In this document: positions 59,704 through 64,000 of the stretch, piece by piece
Layout: the number at the start of each line of letters is the position of its first letter
How positions within the stretch are numbered: position 1 is the first letter of the stretch
Source: Azolla caroliniana
Lineage: Eukaryota; Plantae; Polypodiophyta
Direction: 5' to 3'
NCBI GenBank assembly: GCA_043228905.1
Contig: JBHGNT010000014.1
Coordinates: 12,276,001 to 12,340,000, forward strand
Length of the DNA stretch: 64,000 bases
The notes under the pieces: generated by a model
What the model was told of the DNA's origin: nothing
Databases searched by the model: none
Seen by the model: the letters and a program-made list of their open reading frames with translations, nothing else
Translations under genes and position numbers: made by a program

Positions 59704-62070
59704 CTCCTTGCCACCCGCCTTCACGTCGGGTTCACCAACTGTGTCGTGCCTTTCGGCTCCGGATCGTTTGCGTGAGTCGGGTGGGAACCACCGGGGTTTT
59801 GGACTAGGAGGAAGAAGAATATGAGATGAGGCTAGTAATGAATAGATTATTAGAAAGAGAGATAGAAATTTCGTGAATCCCACGAGTGTATTGTATTCGA
59901 TTAATCAATATTTAGATAAGAATATGTATTTAGATTGAAAGAAAGATATAAGAAACTTGTGAATCCCACAAGTATAGATTATATTATTTTCGTGAATCCC
60001 ACGATTATATTAATCGGTTGGTGTTTTCGGAAATATATCCAATTTCCAAATATTTCACACACTATTACATTGTGCTCCCCATCCTTATGTAGTGATGGGA
60101 GAGACTAAGCATAGCTACATGCTTTTTTTCTAATATGTTCATGCACACTAAATATGCATGTGATGCTTTTCTAATCCTTGCTTTTATTTGCTAAATATAG
60201 TGCTCATGCACGCTAGATGTGCATGAGTCACTTTTTAGTCGCTTGCGTTTTTCTATAAAATATTCACGCACTCTAAAAATACATGATTTACCTTTTAATA
60301 AAGGTAGGCGCAAATAAAGCACTTATAGTTATTAAATCTATTTATAGAACACTAAAGATAAGGTAGCATAATGGTAAAGTTGAGGTTTGGCTACGTGGAG
60401 GTACAAGGTTCAAATCTTGCCCTATGCACGTGATAAATATCTTGATATATTATTTTATTTATTTATATGTAATTAAATCGGTTATATTATTTTTACTTTT
60501 TCACGTAGTGTACGAAATACACTACGACAACGGGACCGACTACCACGGAGAAAGCAAGACCGCCGAAAGTAGCTGAGCCGCCAAGACAAAGTAACGTGGA
60601 AGAAAAGAAGATTGATGACGACATCATTGAAGAGCTAGCAAAGAAGTTTGAGAAGGTCACGCTAGCCAACATGAATCGTCGGGGCCCTAAGGGAAAAGAA
60701 CCCTTTAGATGCGTGTGGTGCGATAGCATGGACCACATGAGAAGGGATTGTGCGAGCCTTTGAGAGGCGATTCGACAAAATATCGTATACATAGAGGACA
60801 ACATGATCTGCTCAAGCGAGACTATAAGACCCCTACGGGTGAATTTCGGAAGAGGAGGAATGAAGAAATCTATGGAGGATGCCGATGCGACTCATGTGGA
60901 TGCGATGCACTATGCTGCGTCGGCCGGAATAAGAGTCGGGAAAGACAAGACTGAAGCTGCTAGAGCGGGAGCAAAGTTTTGGACTTCCGTTCTCGAATAT
61001 GAGAAGAAGGGAAAAGTCACATCGAACGAGGTAGAGCTTGCGGACCGAAGCGTGCAAAGCATAACCGGGTGGTCGGATCCGGTGGACGAGAACACCATAC
61101 TCGCAGAGGTGATGTGTGACAACCACGAGGTGTTCGTCGAAGAAAAGAGAAAGAGAATAGAAGAGCAAGGCCCATCAAAAAGACATGAAACAAGGAACGC
61201 GAAAAAGAAGGACGATGCGGAGACGAGTCGACCTTTACAAACAGAGGAACGAGAATCAAGCCGAAAAGGGGAGCCGAGCATACGAGTTGAAGAAATGGTT
61301 CGGCCCGTGAAGGTTGGTGTCGAAGACCCCGCTTGGAGGACAAGGACTATACCTACCTATAAGCTAAGGTCGGACATAGAGCAGACGACGGACCTAAAGA
61401 AGATTCTCGAAGAACGAGTTCTTGATAGCCACGTAACTTTGTCCTTGAGGGAATTGCTTGGCATTACGAAGGAGTTCCATGACACGATTGTGGACCTTGT
61501 AAAGAGAAAGAGACAACAATCGGACGAGGAAGAAGAGAAGCCGCAAAAAGCAAAAACGAATGCCATAACGATGGCAAGAGACGAAATCGATGAAGATATG
61601 GTGGACAGCCACTACACTCGACCTCATTGGGCACGAGCGACAACGGAGACGCCGGTGAAGATCGGGGAGAAGAAAGAGACCGTGGTAGCCTTGATCGACC
61701 ACGGCTCAGAGATTAACCTCATGTCAACCGACTTCTACAAAAAAGGAAGGTGGCCAATTAATACAAACCACGGATAGAAGATTCGCGCGGCAACAAAGTC
61801 TACGGAGGACTTGTATGGAGGTTGTCCCAATTTCAAAGTCACGATCGGGGATGTGGAGATGGATCAACACTTCTTCATACAAGAATCGGCGTCGCATCCT
61901 GTCATCCTAGGGCAACCTTATATCACATCATCTCGGATGGAGACCAAAGTGTTCGATAATGGAGCAGCCTTCGCACGAATAAAGAGTCTTGACAACCAAA
62001 GATTGGTCAAATTCCTAACGGTGCGAGCCAATCATGAAAGGAATCGAGATAGTCTCGGAGGCGAATCCTC

Positions 62071-63687
62071 GGATTTTTAGAGCGGACTATTGAAGCATGG
62101 GGCACAAATAGTCCGAGCAATCACAAGACCCCACAAGAAAGAAGAGTGCGTGGATTGCAAGGAGAAGCAACATGTGTCACACCTAGTGGCGCATGTAAAC
62201 TAGTACTACCCGACAAGAAGCACAAGCACCGGATACAAGAATTCGAGAAGATGCTGAAAGAAGAGAACATAATAGAAGAAGGAGAGTTCGTGACTCATAT
62301 TATGGAAGAAGCCTCATTTCACGACACCATCGGCGAAATCGAGGATGTCGTGGACTTGAGCTATCTTCACAACCAACGCGTGATTTCGGTTAACTCCGTC
62401 AACATGTACGCTATCATCGATGAATACCGTCGTGGCATCTCGATGAAGGAAGCTGACATCAACACGAAATATAAAACGATGGATAAGAAGATCAAGCCAG
62501 TTGCGGTTCCGCTACCGGAAGATAGCTGGCAAAAGATGAAGGAAGTCGCTAATGATCCAAGCTTAAGAGATCCGAAGAAGATAGGTCATGTCTTCACCAA
62601 AGAGACGAAGGGGAAGCTACGAGTTGGAAAGGAGGATTTCCTTCTCCCTGAAGAGGAGCGAATGTTTCGCGATATGCTTGAGAGACATGGGAAGGCTTTC
62701 ACATTCTTCCCACGAGAAATTGGATGCGCCGACCCAAAGGTAATAGAGCCGATGGTGATCTTCACGGTGCCTCATGTGCCTTGGAATTTGAAACCGATAC
62801 CGGTTTCGAGAACACACCTTCCGAAGCAGATCGAGCTCTTAAAGGAGAAGGTGAGTATGGGAATTCTGGAACCGTCGAATGCTCCTTATTCCAATAGGTG
62901 GTTCACGGTGCCGAAGAAGAATGGATCATTGCGATTCATCCAAGATCTTCAACCCGTCAACAAGGTGACAATTCGAAATGCCGGAATCGGTCCGAGCGTG
63001 GACGAATTTGCCGAAGCGTTTGCGGGCCGGTCCATCTACTCCATTGGCGATCTCTACTCCGGATATGACCAATTCCAATTGGCGATCGATAGTCAGGACA
63101 TTACAACCATGAGGACTCCGATCGGGCTTGTGCGGATGTGTACCTTACCCCAAGGCGCAACGAACTCTGTGGCTCATATGGGGAATGCCATGAATAAAGT
63201 CTTGAAGGATTGCATCCCGAACATCACGATGCCATTCTTGGATGATATTCCGATAAAAGGATGTTCGGATGAGGAGAAAAATGAATCGAAAGATAAGGAA
63301 GGTTGTAGAAAGTTCATTGCGGATCATATGAAAGATTGCGAGAAGGTGCTTCAAAGGCTCGAAGATGCGAATTTGACATTTTCGGGAGAAAAATCCGCAT
63401 TCGGGCAACCGGAGATCTTGGTGGTACATCACTTGTGTGGAGCATACGGCTGGAAGCCCTCGCCATCCAAAGTGAACGCAATCCAAGACATGAAAGAAGA
63501 ATGCGTGCGAAGACCTGAAGAAGAAGCGCGAAAGATGATGGAGGCAGCCCGAGTAAAGAGCAAAGTTCGGTTCGACAACACGCATCGACTTCGTCCCGAG
63601 AAGATTGAAGAAGGGGATTGGGTTTTGGTTTACGACAACACTCTTGACAATCAACACAGTACAACAAGGAAGTTCGCAAGAAGATGA
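62071..63687 (+). pseudogene. Family B RT fused to the integrase C-terminus by deletion
   Basis: RT up to KPSPSKVNAIQDMKEEC, then directly ..RFDNTHRLRPEKIEEGDWVLVYD. Confidence 0.85.
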
Positions 63688-64000
63688 AGCTGGTGAGACG
63701 ACGGCATCCGGCGGCAACCGGCGACGGATGCCGTCGCCGGTGAGACGACGGCATCCAGCGAGGCACCGGTAACCGACGACATCCGACGAACCGGCGTCCG
63801 GAGACTAGATAAATAAATATATAAATATATATACATATATACATATACAAGAAGGGCAAGGAAGGATTCGAACCTTGCACCTCCAAGTTAAGAATCAATT
63901 GGCTTACCATTAAGCCATGCTATTTAGTTGAAATTATATTTCTATCATTGGCTTAAGTTGTATTCCTCTTCCTCCTAGTCAAAAACCTCGGCAGTTCCCA

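Larger units (their letters stand above)
56936..60529 (-). mobile_element. Non-autonomous gag-only LTR element (family A2, TR-GAG-like); LTRs 56936-57723 and 59742-60529
   Basis: 788-bp LTRs identical by eye; TSD ACGG; Trp PBS at ~59720-59737; PPT at 57724; no pol motifs. Confidence 0.93.
55171..63949 (+). mobile_element. tRNA-Trp-primed Ty3/gypsy (family B): 5' LTR 55171-56219, gag-pol with internal deletions, partial 3' LTR from ~63688
   Basis: 12-bp terminal IR tgtcgtgaagat..atcttcacgaca; perfect PBS tggtgaacccgacgtgaa at 56228-56245; gag from 56287 resumes at 60534; CVWCDSMDHMRRDC; LIDHGSEIN; FLDD. Confidence 0.9.

Noticed and set aside
59704-59883. N-terminal extension of the 735-aa ORF
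   Set aside because: It starts at GTG inside the LTR and crosses the PBS; the family A homologue begins at MENQ (59703).

Overview
Eukaryotic land-plant DNA, probably a non-seed plant (inferred from the TE lineages). The first ~12 kb holds two convergent intron-containing kinase genes: the 3' half of a TMK-family LRR receptor kinase (+) and a complete 6-exon Raf-like ATN1/STY13-type kinase (-). From ~17 kb to the end is a nest of LTR retrotransposons up to four layers deep: decayed and intact Ty1/copia elements, an intact self-priming Tcn1-like chromovirus, a 5'-truncated LINE, and four members of a tRNA-Trp-primed Ty3/gypsy group. That group is the most unusual part. Three of its four LTR types carry a tRNA-like Pol III A-box/B-box module in U3 pointing away from the Pol II TATA box. 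All insert into 4-bp CpG-centred targets (ACGT, ACGG, GCGT). The three pol-bearing members share a G_GAT_TTT_stop -1 slippery site after the protease, and the fourth is a very young pol-less element with one long Gag-derived ORF. A 1.45-kb LTR-templated duplication has its return breakpoint inside the tRNA-like module. All comparisons were made by eye.
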